From Eledone cirrhosa (taxonomy: Eukaryota), in assembly GCA_964016885.1 (NCBI GenBank), contig OZ024762.1, positions 25,296,001 to 25,360,000 on the forward strand: a DNA stretch of 64,000 nt, given 5' to 3'. Every line of letters starts with the position of its first letter. The stretch's first letter is position 1. A program made the position numbers and the translations under genes. This document shows, piece after piece, positions 50,842 through 64,000 of this stretch. Under the pieces are notes generated by a model, which was given only the letters and a program-made list of their open reading frames with translations, was not told where the DNA came from and made no database searches.

Positions 50842-51060
50842 ACTCTTGATCCTGGCGAACATGATGGAGAAGACATTGCCCCGGATGACGGCGAGGGAGA
50901 CGCGCTGGAACAACCTCTCCACCTCACGGGCCTCGCACATGAGGGCCGCCAACTCAGCTCCGATTGCAGTAAGTAGGGATGTGTTCCGAGGAAGGGGCGG
51001 CAAGAACGCCGGAAGTCTCCACTGCTACAGGCTCTTCCAAAAACCTCTCAGAGAGCGTCC
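50842..51060 (-). pseudogene. C-terminal restriction-like endonuclease fragment of a CRE-type non-LTR retrotransposon
   Basis: Reverse strand reads EPVAVETSGVL then (frameshift) LLTAIGAELAALMCEAREVERLFQRVSLAVIRGNVFSI. Confidence 0.7.
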
Positions 51061-51389
51061 GATTCTTGGACAAGTCCAGGGGTGATAGATTGGGGGATGG
51101 AAAGAACTGGATGAGTTGTTTTGGGGGGCAGGTGGTCTGTGGGGCGTGGTTTGATCTGATCTGGCTTAATTCGTTCTCTTTTCAAATCTCGTCTTCTACT
51201 GCTTAGGAGTTGCAACTGGAAAATAGTATCAGCAATGGAAAAAGCCATGGGAAACCTAGACTACTCGAACCATTCTGACAATCATCTTATTTTTTTTTTA
51301 CATTTAATTGTCTCTCTCCTCAGTGCCATCCAAAATACTTACTGTGGGGGAAGGGCGTATCCAATAAAAGGCCAAAGCTATCATCAAGT

Positions 51390-51860
51390 CGGGCGGTAAA
51401 ATTGGCAGAGTCGTTAGAAGGTCGGATAGAATGCTTTGTGGTACTTGTACCGGCTCTCTGCTCTCTGAGTTCAAATCCTACCGAGGTCCACTTTGCCTTT
51501 CATCCTTTCGATGTCCATAAAACAAGTACCAGTCTAGTACTGGGGTCGATTCTTCCTCTCTACTATTTCTCATTTCCCCTCTCTCACTTTCTATCTTTCT
51601 CTGGGAGAAATCTGCTGTACTGAAGCCTGGAGAGAGATGGGCTCTGCCAGGCTTAACATGTCTAAGAAAAGCCGTATGTCAGTACGACGCCCCTACGACT
51701 CTATCAGGAATTACGGCACCATACTATACCAGTCTATACCAAACACATTCTCATTTCCTCTCTGTCACTTTCTATCTTTCTCTGGAAGAAATCTGTTGTA
51801 CTCCGGCCTGGAGATGGGGTGGGCTCCGCCAGGCTTAACATTCCCAAGAAGCACCCTACA
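51390..51860 (+). mobile_element. SINE-derived composite element
   Basis: SINE head and core followed by the tail shared with 12205-13152. Confidence 0.7.
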
Positions 51861-52014
51861 TACATACATGATGGCTGCAATTGGATTTCGAGTAAATCCA
51901 TCGCTGGATACTTAAGGATTAGCATCACACACGTGGCTTTTTACTCCTGCTAGGGAATTACCTATGACCAGCATTCCCATGCATGCATATATGTATTTAT
52001 GTACCATACATATA

Positions 52015-52640
52015 TGATGGCTGCCCCCTCGTTATCGAGTATGACCATTGCACGATATACCATTATTAATAATTATCAATTAATTCTATCGTGTAATGCC
52101 TGTGCGTGAAGATTTTTTTTAAAGGGACGAAATACTGTGCACTGAGCCAATCCCACTCTTTGAGCGACAGTAGCTATAACCTGAAAAGAAGAAAAGATCA
52201 ACATCATCGGTAACTACTGAGCAGCAGGTTTTATGTCGGAGTTATCCCAGTTTCCTGAGTTGCCTTCTCCTAGAAGAATGCCCTAACAAAGGCTAGGGGT
52301 CCTTCACTCCCAGTGGTTTAACCCCGCGACCGGGAATCCAGCCCGACTATTTCTATGTCCCCGCGTATATACATACACATGCACATGTGCATATACATAT
52401 ACACATATACATATATATGTACATGTGTATATACATATTTACATATTTTTGGATGGCCGTTGACTCTGATGAGTTCTTCTGCCCTTTGTCAGGTTTGTTT
52501 TATGTCCTGCAGGGTGTCCAAAATCACGCTCCTCACCAAGTAAACTTGGTAGGGTTGCAGGTTTAGTTGCCGACCACCCGACCATGCGACAGGTTGTACT
52601 GGGTTACATGTTACCAGTAGCACACATGAGTGACCCGACA
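52015..52640 (+). mobile_element. Repeat resembling an RTE-clade 5' UTR; 52146-52308 recurs inverted at 50142-50300
   Basis: GGCTGCCCCCTCGTTATCGAGTATGACC start and the directly visible inverted copy. Clade assignment is from memory only. Confidence 0.4.
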
Positions 52641-53191
52641 CATACATACATATATACATACATACATGATGGCTGCAATTCCATTTCGAGTAATGCCATC
52701 GCTTGATACTTAAGCATTTGAACTCAGATCATAACTCTGTGGTATAAAGCATGGCGTCCGACCCTCTACCGCTACTGCTAATCCACCGCCCTTAAAACCT
52801 GCTAAGCATATAAGAAATAAAATAATAAATTAAAACAATACAATAACAATTAAATAAGCGTGTTAAGAAACATAACTAACAAGCTAGTCGTAAATTCTGG
52901 CTGGCCCTGTATATGTATGTTTCCAGAACGGTGAAGTGTAAAGTCCCCATCAAAAATTTGATGCCGGAGTGCAGTAGGACCAGACAAATGATGAAGAAGT
53001 TTTAACTAACGCCATAAATATTTTAGCGATTTATTGTAGGTTTAGATAGACAAAGATTTCCTGAGTTTGTGTAAAGAAAATAATGGAAAATAGGTGAAGA
53101 AAATGATGTGATAATTAACAAGCTTGTGTGAGCTGTCAATTATATATATATATGTACACACACTCATACACCCATAGACACACACACAGCC

Positions 53192-53255
<64 letters not shown>

Positions 53256-53308
53256 TCTCTCACACACACACATATTTATTTGTATATGTATATAAATACA
53301 TACATACT

Positions 53309-53364
<56 letters not shown>

Positions 53365-53582
53365 TAAATACACATATATACACATATTTGTAGGTATATA
53401 TATATTTAAATATACACCTATATATATGTATATATATATATTTATATATATATATATATACCTATATATATATATATTTAAATATACACCTATAAATATA
53501 TATATATATATATAATATATATGCACACACATATATATATATATGTGTATAAATACATATATATATATATATAATATATATG

Positions 53583-53669
<87 letters not shown>

Positions 53670-53869
53670 GTATGTATATATACATATATCCGACCATAGA
53701 TCTTGTGCTGAGGGCTTAGTCAATTAAATCAGCTTGTCTACTGACCCGCTACTTATTTTATTGGTCCCACTAGGTTTATCGGGCTATTGTATAAAAATTG
53801 AATATCTAACGCTGAAGTAACTAGCCAGACATTCATGAGGAAAAAGCTATATTGAGTTCACTATATATA

Positions 53870-53938
<69 letters not shown>

Positions 53939-53961
53939 CCTCCGATTCAACCCGGAATAAC

Positions 53962-53994
<33 letters not shown>

Positions 53995-53999
<5 letters not shown>

Positions 54000-56900
54000 A
54001 ATGAATACAAAGGTGTATATACCGTTAAAACATGTTTATATAACAATGTACCTACGTACGTTTCGCCCAGAACGGGCTTCTCAAGGCCATAAAAAACAAA
54101 AAAAATGATCAGTACGCGACCCAGGAGGGGATTTAAGGTTACATTCACATCAGAGTTCATTCTTCGTTTAAGTACATGTGTTGTTATTGCCACAGAGCAG
54201 GGGGAGTAACTCCGGCCGGTGCTTGAATAATCTTGTCCCACTGGTTTTTTTTACCCGTTCACATGATCGTGTTTTGCGTTATTAATTTATGGGTGCTGTT
54301 TTACTAATGCCGGTTCGAGCCGGGTCTGGGATGCATTTTCAGTTCATAGATGTTTGTTTGCGCCGCCTGCCCACCGGAGTAATATGGTTTGGGCAGGGGG
54401 ACCCAGTTTATAGTTTTCATGCCACAGTCGGTTCCCACCCGAAATAAGACACTTGTATTCGGTGCCTACAGTTTATGACTGATTCGGCTCTGCTGTTTAT
54501 GAGTTCGTGGGGTGTTCTTATGATGTAGTAAAGCTCCATGAAACAAAGCTCGCACTTCCTCTTGAAATTGTAGGGTGAGGCGCTACCGACAGTATCCCAA
54601 TGTGTGGAGAAGCTGATGTTGGTGTCTTTTAATATAGTGACGTAATTGACAAGTGACGTGGAGTGCCTTAGTTTTTTGTTTCTGAAAGAGTGGAGATGTG
54701 TTCTAAATCTAGTTTTGAACTGGCCAGAGGTGGCCCCTATATAGTGTTTAACTCTATTATGGCTGGTTATGGTGCACCTATAAATAACATTATCAGTGAG
54801 GCAGTTTCCCCTGAGAGGGCAGCCTCTCCTGTCACGACAGTTGCATTTTTCTGTCACTATCGCTCCTAGTTCCTAAAATAAAGCTATTACTATTGCTTCC
54901 TTTGTTGTTATCTATGTCTCTATCTCGGTCATTGGTACTGTTATACGGGGTAGTACCATTATCCCTCCGCACGCCGCAGCCCGTTCCGCCGCCGGTGGGT
55001 GACCCGTGCAGGTCACCAGCATATTCCCCAGTCTCGCCTTGGTTATGTCGGTTTCATCTATTGGGGCTGCCACCAACACTATTGGGTGCTGTTAGGGAGA
55101 CGTTAAGGCTATTAGTATTGTTGTCGGGTCTAGATGTATCTGTGCTAAGGTGCCGTGTTTTGGTGATCTTACTGTGATTAGTTGCTCCTATGATGTCTTT
55201 TAGATTGGGTGTGGTAGAGAAGGATATTTTGATATTGTTCCTATTAAGTATTTTCCTGTATTTATGATTGGGTGGGAAGTTCTTCTCTAGGGCTTCGAAG
55301 AATAACATCGATAGGTCGGAGGCGACACTCGGAGAGTAGGAGGGGTGGAACCATAGGATATTACGGTGGCGTTTCCGCTTTACCGTGGGTGTGCTACAGG
55401 TTGTGCTTCCCAGTTGACTGTACTTATGTTTGTTACTGTGCTGTAGTCAGTTATGCTCCCCCTTCGCGTTATGTTCAGGTGGCGGCGCCTTCCTTCCGTT
55501 ATTTTTTATGTAGCTAGACGCTGTTTGGAGGGCGTTAGTAATAGGCCGCCGTCGTTGCTAATATTATAGTTAGGGAATAATTCTAGTAGGCTACAGCGGG
55601 TGGCGTTTCCAATCTGGTGACCCTTACTGTGCTGTAGGTTATCTTGGTCGCCACTCATGCAATTAACGGTGCACCCAAGTTCCTTAGTGTGATTCTCTAT
55701 ACTATAGTTCTTGACTCTGTCCTGGCCGCAGCGTACTCTGTTATAGGTATGGCTTACTATAACATTAGTCCTATGTTGGGGTTGGTTTCTAGGGCTAGCA
55801 TTAAGGATATAGGAGATTCTCATGTTAAATCCGGCATTTAGTAAGGCCTTATTGTAATATTCGGACGCTTGGTTGAAGATATCCTCGTTGGCAGAGGGCC
55901 TCGAGATCCTATGGGATATGCTATATACTATAGAGTTGAGAGTAGACTTAGGGTTAGGGTTCGATGCATAGTTTATATGAGACAGAATCACGCCGGGCTT
56001 ATGGTATGGCTTGTATAGGCCCGTACGCAACTCCAGGATTACGTCTAGGAAGTTGACTATCTGGTGGTTGAGGTCCATAGTCAAGGATAGGCCATATGTC
56101 TTGAAGAACCTGTGTATACACTTGTTAAGTGTCTCTATCCTGCGGGGGCTATGGTTGCTAACCGTAAATAGGGTATCGTCCCTATATACACCTCCCTGTA
56201 GGGCCGGTATCTCGTCCTTAAGTCTATGGAGGAGGTATATACCGACCAGGTCGGTCACTTGCGCCGAGTCACTGGACACCATCGTGATATCGAAGTTATC
56301 AGTACGGTTGGTTCTGGTCCAATAGGAGCCTTCGAACTGGATAATAGTTCTACGCGCTGCGAGCACTATATCTATATCTTTTTTAGTGAGGCTAGTGTTA
56401 GACTTAGCTAAGATAAGCGCTTTATTTAGGAGTATGGGGGAGATCGAGGGGTAGTAGCCGTCTGTCAAACTGGATGAACTTGAGAGTTGCTTTATCGAGC
56501 AACTCCGTGAACCAATTAATGACCTGGTCGGTGTTGCTCCAGAGACAGACATTGGCTTTGTTATTAAGTTCTAGTAGTACTCTATCTAGGATCATTTTAC
56601 TAATTTTACCTATATCCGATGTAGAGGGACATATTAGTCTAATAGAGGGGTTTTCATTAAAGTTACATTTGTGATCCTTAAGAGAGAATTTAGGTGGCAT
56701 AGGACATATGGGTTTGTGTACTTATCTATGTCTAAGCTAGTCACTATGTCCTTCCCTACCCTATTTATGTCATTTAAATTACTAATCGGTGTTTTTTTTA
56801 TAATTTTTGTGTAGTTCTTTATAAATAAATTGATTGTACTTGCTCGCGTCCATCTTACACAGCTTCTGTGTGTTGTCAGAGGTAACGAAGAGGTGTGAGT

Positions 56901-57279
56901 CATTATTGATCTTGGTAATGAGTGCGTCCAGGGATATTAGGAATGGATTACTGCATTGGTGTTTACTCTTAAACTTGATGTTTCTGATCAGTTTTAGCAA
57001 GTTCTCCTCAAAGAGGTCCAGCAGGCTGTTGTGCGGTGGGTTTTGGGACGTTTTGAAGCCGTCTATCTCTTTCGGTTCTGGAAGGTTACAGGTGCCCTTA
57101 TGAAGGTGGTAGGCCTTCCATCTTACTCTCAGTATAATCGAGTTAGTAGCGTCTATAAGTTGCTTGAGGTATGATTTCCTGCTAGGTAAGGGGATACACT
57201 TGAGAGACATGGGTAACGGTTGAATCTCCATCATGATGGCAGATAAGGTATAAGGAGCACACTAATAGAATGTTTAAGT

Positions 57280-57285
<6 letters not shown>
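53995..57285 (-). mobile_element. Near full-length, frameshifted Naiad-like Penelope-like element
   Basis: SLKCIPLPS..RVRWKA, SDNT, SLKDHK..IRLICP, FIQFD/YYPSI, FDITMVSSDSAQVTDLVG, GVYRDD, VNFLDV, PYHKP, the NFPPNHKYRKILNRN linker, and CNCR..CPL..C + GIY-YIG, split over five ORFs. TA-flanked. Confidence 0.93.
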
Positions 57286-57316
<31 letters not shown>

Positions 57317-57507
57317 GAAGGAGGTGTGGTAAGGAACCAGATGGACCATAACGCACCAGAGTACTCAATACTTAGGGTAGTAGAGTGGGTAATAGGAAAA
57401 TGTTTGACTTGACCCCGACGGCAGAGCTCAAGCCGTTTCGACGGCTATTTCTGGACTGAAATAGCCGTCAAAACAGCTTGAGCTCTGCCGTCGGAGTCAA
57501 ACATTTT

Positions 57508-57594
<87 letters not shown>

Positions 57595-57637
57595 ATTTAT
57601 ATATATATATATATATATTTGTATTTATATATATGCA

Positions 57638-60569
57638 TTTGTATTTATATTCTATATCCATACCTGCATTGTTTTGGCCTTCTAACTCGAAACGTTTATA
57701 CCTCATTACGCAATGCTTCAAGTAAACTCCAATTTCCTCTCCTTACGCCTGAGCCAGGCCCAGTTTACAACTGTAAAGAAACTCTTCCAGCTATCTGAAA
57801 GCCGCGCCAAAGCCGGCTGCCAAATAAACTTCCTCAAACGCTGCCTGAATAATATCATCCCCAAAACTATCAAAAACATGCACCTACCAACATGCTTCAA
57901 ATCACCAGGCCTCAAACGATCACTTAGCTACATACAAACATTCTGCCTAAGAAAACTCACACAACACCTACACCGCACGCTACAACAACACATACGGACT
58001 ATTTCCAGCTTAGTACCACAACTCGCTGAAACCCCAGCACCTCTGCTCAGTAATTTCCGCCGCTATAGACAAGTCCTACCACCATCACCGAGATTACGAG
58101 GAAATACGCCTAAAGCAAAACATTTCTCAAACTTAGCACGGCTGACCGTCTTAACAACAACCCAACTCTAAGCACCAACAGAGGCGAACAAGACGGTACC
58201 AACCACGAACCTAGCGGCGCCCCGACCAACAACAAACCTGACGCAAAACACCTCGACACAGACTTGACAGGATCCCTCTCCCGAGATGAACTAGACCTCC
58301 TTGGCCTGGGTCTCAAGTTCATATTGAAACAGACTGGCCGACAAATTATTGCTCGACATAGAAACGAATTACTGTCGGGCCGCCTACCAACTAAAATGGA
58401 TATGGACCCTCGGCAACAATACCACGGAATCTAACACAACCAGATTCCCGATATACCAACTGGATCGCCCACTCTGTCCACCGCCTGCCAACAGCGAGCT
58501 GGAAGAAAAACTCTCGAGGCTAAAACATTCCGTATCTAACATCTTACGGAAACAGAAGAAGATAGTCCCAAACCTCTCCAGGACGCAACAACTCACCCTG
58601 AAGAACCTGCGGAATAGGGAACTCATATACTTACCATCCGACAAAGGTAAACAGTTTTGTGTCATCTCTTAAGCCACATACAACAACCTAGCCTTTGAAC
58701 ACTTAAGCAACAACAAACTGTATACAGAGATCCCGGACCTAACTGCAGCCCAGATGGAAAAACATCTTCTTTTACAAAAACATCTTCTACTACAGATGAC
58801 GAACCATCTGGTTCGTCATCTGTAGTAGAAGACAAAACCAAATAAATTTAAGTTCAACTACACCACTAAAGATAGCAGACTGCCCACTTTCTATCACCGC
58901 ATCAAGACCCACAAGAATAGTACTAAGACACAAATAAGACCTATCGTCTCTAGCATAGTAGGACCCCCATATAAAATCTCCTGGCTCCTCTCCCAGGTCC
59001 TCAAGCCTCTACTCTACACCTTTCACGGGCATGTCAGTAGCTCCGACGTAGACTACACCAACTCCAGAAAAGAACAACTTAAATTAAATAGATACGCCTT
59101 TAGCCTCGACGTTGTCTCCCTCTACACTACAGTCCCCGCTCATCCAGATGCCGATTTATTGACGGACTCCGTGGTCGCAGAGGAAGTCCACTGCTACGGC
59201 CTCCATCCGACGGACATACACCAGCTTTTGTCCTTCACAGTGGACAACATGTATTTCACCATCCACCACCACACATACAGACAGACAACAAGATTACACA
59301 TGTGATCCAGCCTATCGGGCCTGCTGGCCATCACTTATATGAACCAGCTAGAATGACGAGCCCTCAACACCTACCATTCCCATACCTTCTTCACGCGATA
59401 TGTAGATGACATGGAACACCCCATGACCGCGGATCCCTATCGCTATTGGACTTCTAACTCAGGGTAACAGAGGAAGGCGACATCTACACCTGCTTCTATA
59501 AAAAAGCCGCCAGCAGTGACTTGTTCGTACATTTCAGATCAGCCCTCCCAGCCAGCGCTAAGTTCGGATACATAAGGAAGGAACTAACACGTATCCGGAA
59601 CAAATGCACCGACACAACAGACCGGGACACACATGCCACACATTTCCTGGAAGTACTTAAACTGAACGGATACCCGACGTCCACCGCGAACCGTGTCAGA
59701 AACAGAGGGCACCACACCCGAGGCACTAACACCTGCTTCCTGAAGCTCCCACACTTCAGTAACGAAACAACAACAGCCATCCGCAGAGCTATCAGACGAG
59801 AGGGACTAAATATCCAACTAGCCCACTCAGGACCTTCTCTACGCGGACAGCTAACCAAAAGACACTCCACCAGATATGACAGCCGCTGCAGGCTAGCCAA
59901 CTGCCCCATCAATGACACAGACCTATGCCACCAGGCTTACGTCGTATACAGATTAGAGTGCAACAAATGCATCAATTTCTACATAGGTAGCACCACCAGA
60001 CAACTTCACATAAGAATAAAAGAACACCTTAATACTAACGCTTTCTCATTTAAGAAACACCTAGTGAAATGCAAAAACACCGACAAAAACATAATAGTTA
60101 GGATAGAAGCTTAGGAAAGAAACCTCGGCAATCTAAGAATTAAAGAAATACTGATTATACACAAAACGCAACCACCAATCAATAATAGACTAGAACTCAA
60201 CACCCAATTTTTAACATGATAGAGGACCTAGCCCCCACATTTACATATAAACATATCCTCTCACACACACACACGCGCGCGCGCGCTCGCATGCTTACAG
60301 CTTCGCGTATTCTCCGACGCACTTAAGCATACATCTCCAAACCCCTTTTTAAAGGGAGACAACACCATTTCCTGTCAGCATGACTTGGCAAGCTAATTAG
60401 AACACTGGATTAACCCCTTTACTTCCCTCCGAAGAACAGATATTATCTCGAAAATTAAGGATAATCAAATAAATTTAATGTAAAAGACTAATTGTCAACA
60501 ATATCTTTTGTATTTGTTTTTATATTCTATATCCATACCTGCATTGTTTTGGCCTTCTAACTCCAAACG

Positions 60570-60575
<6 letters not shown>
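57638..60575 (+). mobile_element. Near full-length degenerate Penelope-like element with ~60 bp terminal direct repeat (pLTR)
   Basis: FLKRCLNNIIPK, PSDKG, IKTHK..IRPIVS, FSLDVVSLYT, RYVDD and VVYRLECNKC..YIGSTTRQLHIRIKEH. TATATTCTATATCCATACCTGCATTGTTTTGGCCTTCTAACTC occurs at ~57646 and ~60521. HHR-like CCT-CCGAAGA..GAAAATTA-AGG at 60426-60460. Confidence 0.92.
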
Positions 60576-60647
<72 letters not shown>

Positions 60648-60671
60648 AAACAAATAAATATGTATATATAA

Positions 60672-60753
<82 letters not shown>

Positions 60754-60781
60754 ATATTTGTTTTGCGAGATTATATATATT

Positions 60782-60905
<124 letters not shown>

Positions 60906-61618
60906 ATATATATATGTATATATATGTGTGTATATATGTGTGTGTGTATAGATATATCTCTCTATATATACATGTGTGTATATATGTGTGTGTGTGTTTA
61001 TATATATATTTATATATACATGTGTGTGTGAGTAAATAATAATGATCATAATAATAAATTGACGGAACTAGCATGGGTTTCACTGCTAGGACCGGTTGCA
61101 TCTCAGAGTAGTCAATAGGTAATGTTAAATAAATTCCCAGAGTCGGGACACAGTTATTAGCTTCAATACCACGCACGTATATACTCATATATTTATTAAT
61201 ATGAAAGAGTCGGGATCCCGACAGCTAAGCTCTGGCCATTTCAAAAGCTTGTTCTGAACTAGCCATTGAATCGGCAAGAGCTAGGCGTTGGGGTCGCTAC
61301 TCTTTCATATTATCACACTCTACAACCCCAAATATCGAGTACCTCTAGCAGGTTTTTACTGCGTCAATTTTGATTTATACATACATACACACACACACAC
61401 ACATATATATATAGGAAAAGAGTCAGGAGGACTCCGACGGCTGAGCTCCGGCCGTTTCGACAGCTAGATCCGAACTCAGAGTGCGGATCTAGCTGTCGGA
61501 ACGGCCGGACCTCCGCCGTCGGGGTCGTCACTCATTTCCTATTACCCACTCTACTATCCTAAGTATTGAGTACTCTGGTGTGCTAAGGTCCACCTGGTAT
61601 TTTACCGCACCCTGTTCG

Positions 61619-61698
<80 letters not shown>

Positions 61699-61900
61699 TT
61701 CTTCAAAATCACTAGACGTAACTGAGGAACTTGCGAATCCAGAGTCAGGTTCGATCCAAAGACAGAAACAATAGTAATACGTAATAAATTGTGTTCCGAT
61801 TAATCTCAGATTCTTCGTTTTCCATATTATTATACTCTGCCCCGAAGGAGCATAGAATGCTCAACCGGCATACCGCCTATGGACGCCTCCTAGCTAGCTT

Positions 61901-62577
<677 letters not shown>

Positions 62578-62802
62578 CGTGTGTGTGTGCGAGGGTTGAC
62601 TGAAAGTTGATAGGCTGACTATGTAGGGGTGATGCTAGGACTTACACACATGCATGCACTTGCTTGCTTTAGTCAGGCCTGAGGAGTACGTTGGTGATGT
62701 TTTAGGTTTTCTGCGTTAGCTAGCAGTGTTTCGGCGGCGGCTTTGTGTTATTGGTGAAGATAAAGGTCCATACGTACATTCACCAGTGTTTAACCCTTGT
62801 GG

Positions 62803-63735
62803 TAGGCGGTGAATTGGCACAGTTCGTAGTACGTCGGATATAATGCTTTTGTGTATTCATTTAGGTTCTCTGCTCTTTGAGTTCAAATCTCGTCGAGGTC
62901 AACTTTGCCTTTCATGAATTCCAGGTCGATTAACAAAACTAGCAGTCTTGTACTGCAGTCTATCCTTCCTCCATATCTTTTTCTCGCGTCCATTCTCTCA
63001 CTTTCTATACTTCTCTGGAAGAAATCCATGTATTTGGACTTGGAGAGAGGATGATCTGCCTTTCATCAATTGGAGGTCAATAAACAAAAGTACCAGTCAT
63101 GTACTGCGGTCTATTCTTCCTCTATATCTCTTTCTCATTTCCATTCTCTCACCCTCTGTACTTCACTGGAATAAATCTCTTGTATTCCGACCAGGAGAGA
63201 GGATGGTCTACCTTTCATCCATTCGAGATCAATAAAGAAAAGTACCAGTCTAGTACTGGAGTCGATTCTTCCTCCATATCTCTTTCTCGCTTCCATCCTC
63301 TATTTCTCTATCCATCTCTGGAAGAAATCTATTGTGTTCAGACCTGGAGAGTAGGTGATCAACTTTGACTTTCATCCAGACGAGGTCAATAAGAAAAGTA
63401 CCAGTTTAGTACTGGGTCTACTCTTCCTTTATATTTATCTCTCACTTCCATTCACTATCCTTCATTTGAAGAAATCTATTGTGTTCAGACCAGGAGAAGG
63501 GACGATCAACTTTGCTTTTCATCCATTCGAGGTCAATAAGAAAAGTACCAGTCAAATACTGGAGTCGATTCTTCCCCGATGTTCATCTCTTTCCCTTCTA
63601 TTCTTTATCCTTTTCTGGAAGAAATCTAAGATGGATTCTGCCAAGTTTAAAAACAAAATGGCCTACAAACGCCGTATACCAGTACAGTGCCACTACGACC
63701 CCTCAAGAGATACGGGACTACACATGCATACATGC
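62803..63735 (+). mobile_element. SINE-derived composite with ~5 diverged tandem repeats (~145 bp) of the SINE core plus tail
   Basis: Recurring CTTTCATCC..GAGGTCAATAA.AAAAGTACCAGTC...CTGGAAGAAATCT. Confidence 0.75.
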
Positions 63736-64000
63736 AACCCTTGTGGTATTTACCCTTTTTTTGCAACCAACTGATCTTCTGCTGCCATTTTCTTTTATTA
63801 TTTTTCAGTGATTTTGTTTTACTAGGTAACATTGATTGAATTCGTTTTACTACTGGGCAAACTGCCAGTATTGATTTAGGTTTTTACTGGACAGAATGCC
63901 AAACTTCCTAGCTAGGAGTTGCCTTCAGTTGCAATGACAGCAGTATGTTATTATATTTTTATAATTACATATTTTATTATTAGTACTGTCACATCTCACA

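Noticed and set aside
63809-63942. Coding exon between TTTCAG and GTATGT
   Set aside because: Stop codons in all three frames.

Overview
AT-rich animal genomic DNA with dense (TA)n microsatellites. The tRNA-derived SINE and overall composition suggest a cephalopod, probably an octopod (inference). No intact host protein-coding gene is recognisable; there is only a candidate promoter and a candidate first coding exon near 8-15.6 kb. The window is dominated by Penelope-like retroelements (PLEs; RT + GIY-YIG) of at least three types (1-2525, 53995-57285, 57638-60575, plus fragments), SINEs and simple repeats. Between the TA tracts sit many unrelated short non-coding families, most of which carry a type I hammerhead ribozyme (HHR) motif. 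I found about 18 distinct HHR families by eye, including U3-A8 and other core variants and some very long stem II insertions. Most of these elements inserted as asymmetric fold-back palindromes with short stutter duplications at the apex. Two loci (10151-11452 and 43676-44344) show tandem or circularly permuted monomers that start next to the ribozyme cleavage site, consistent with retrozyme-like circular RNA templates. All calls are by-eye pattern reading; no searches or folding programs were run.
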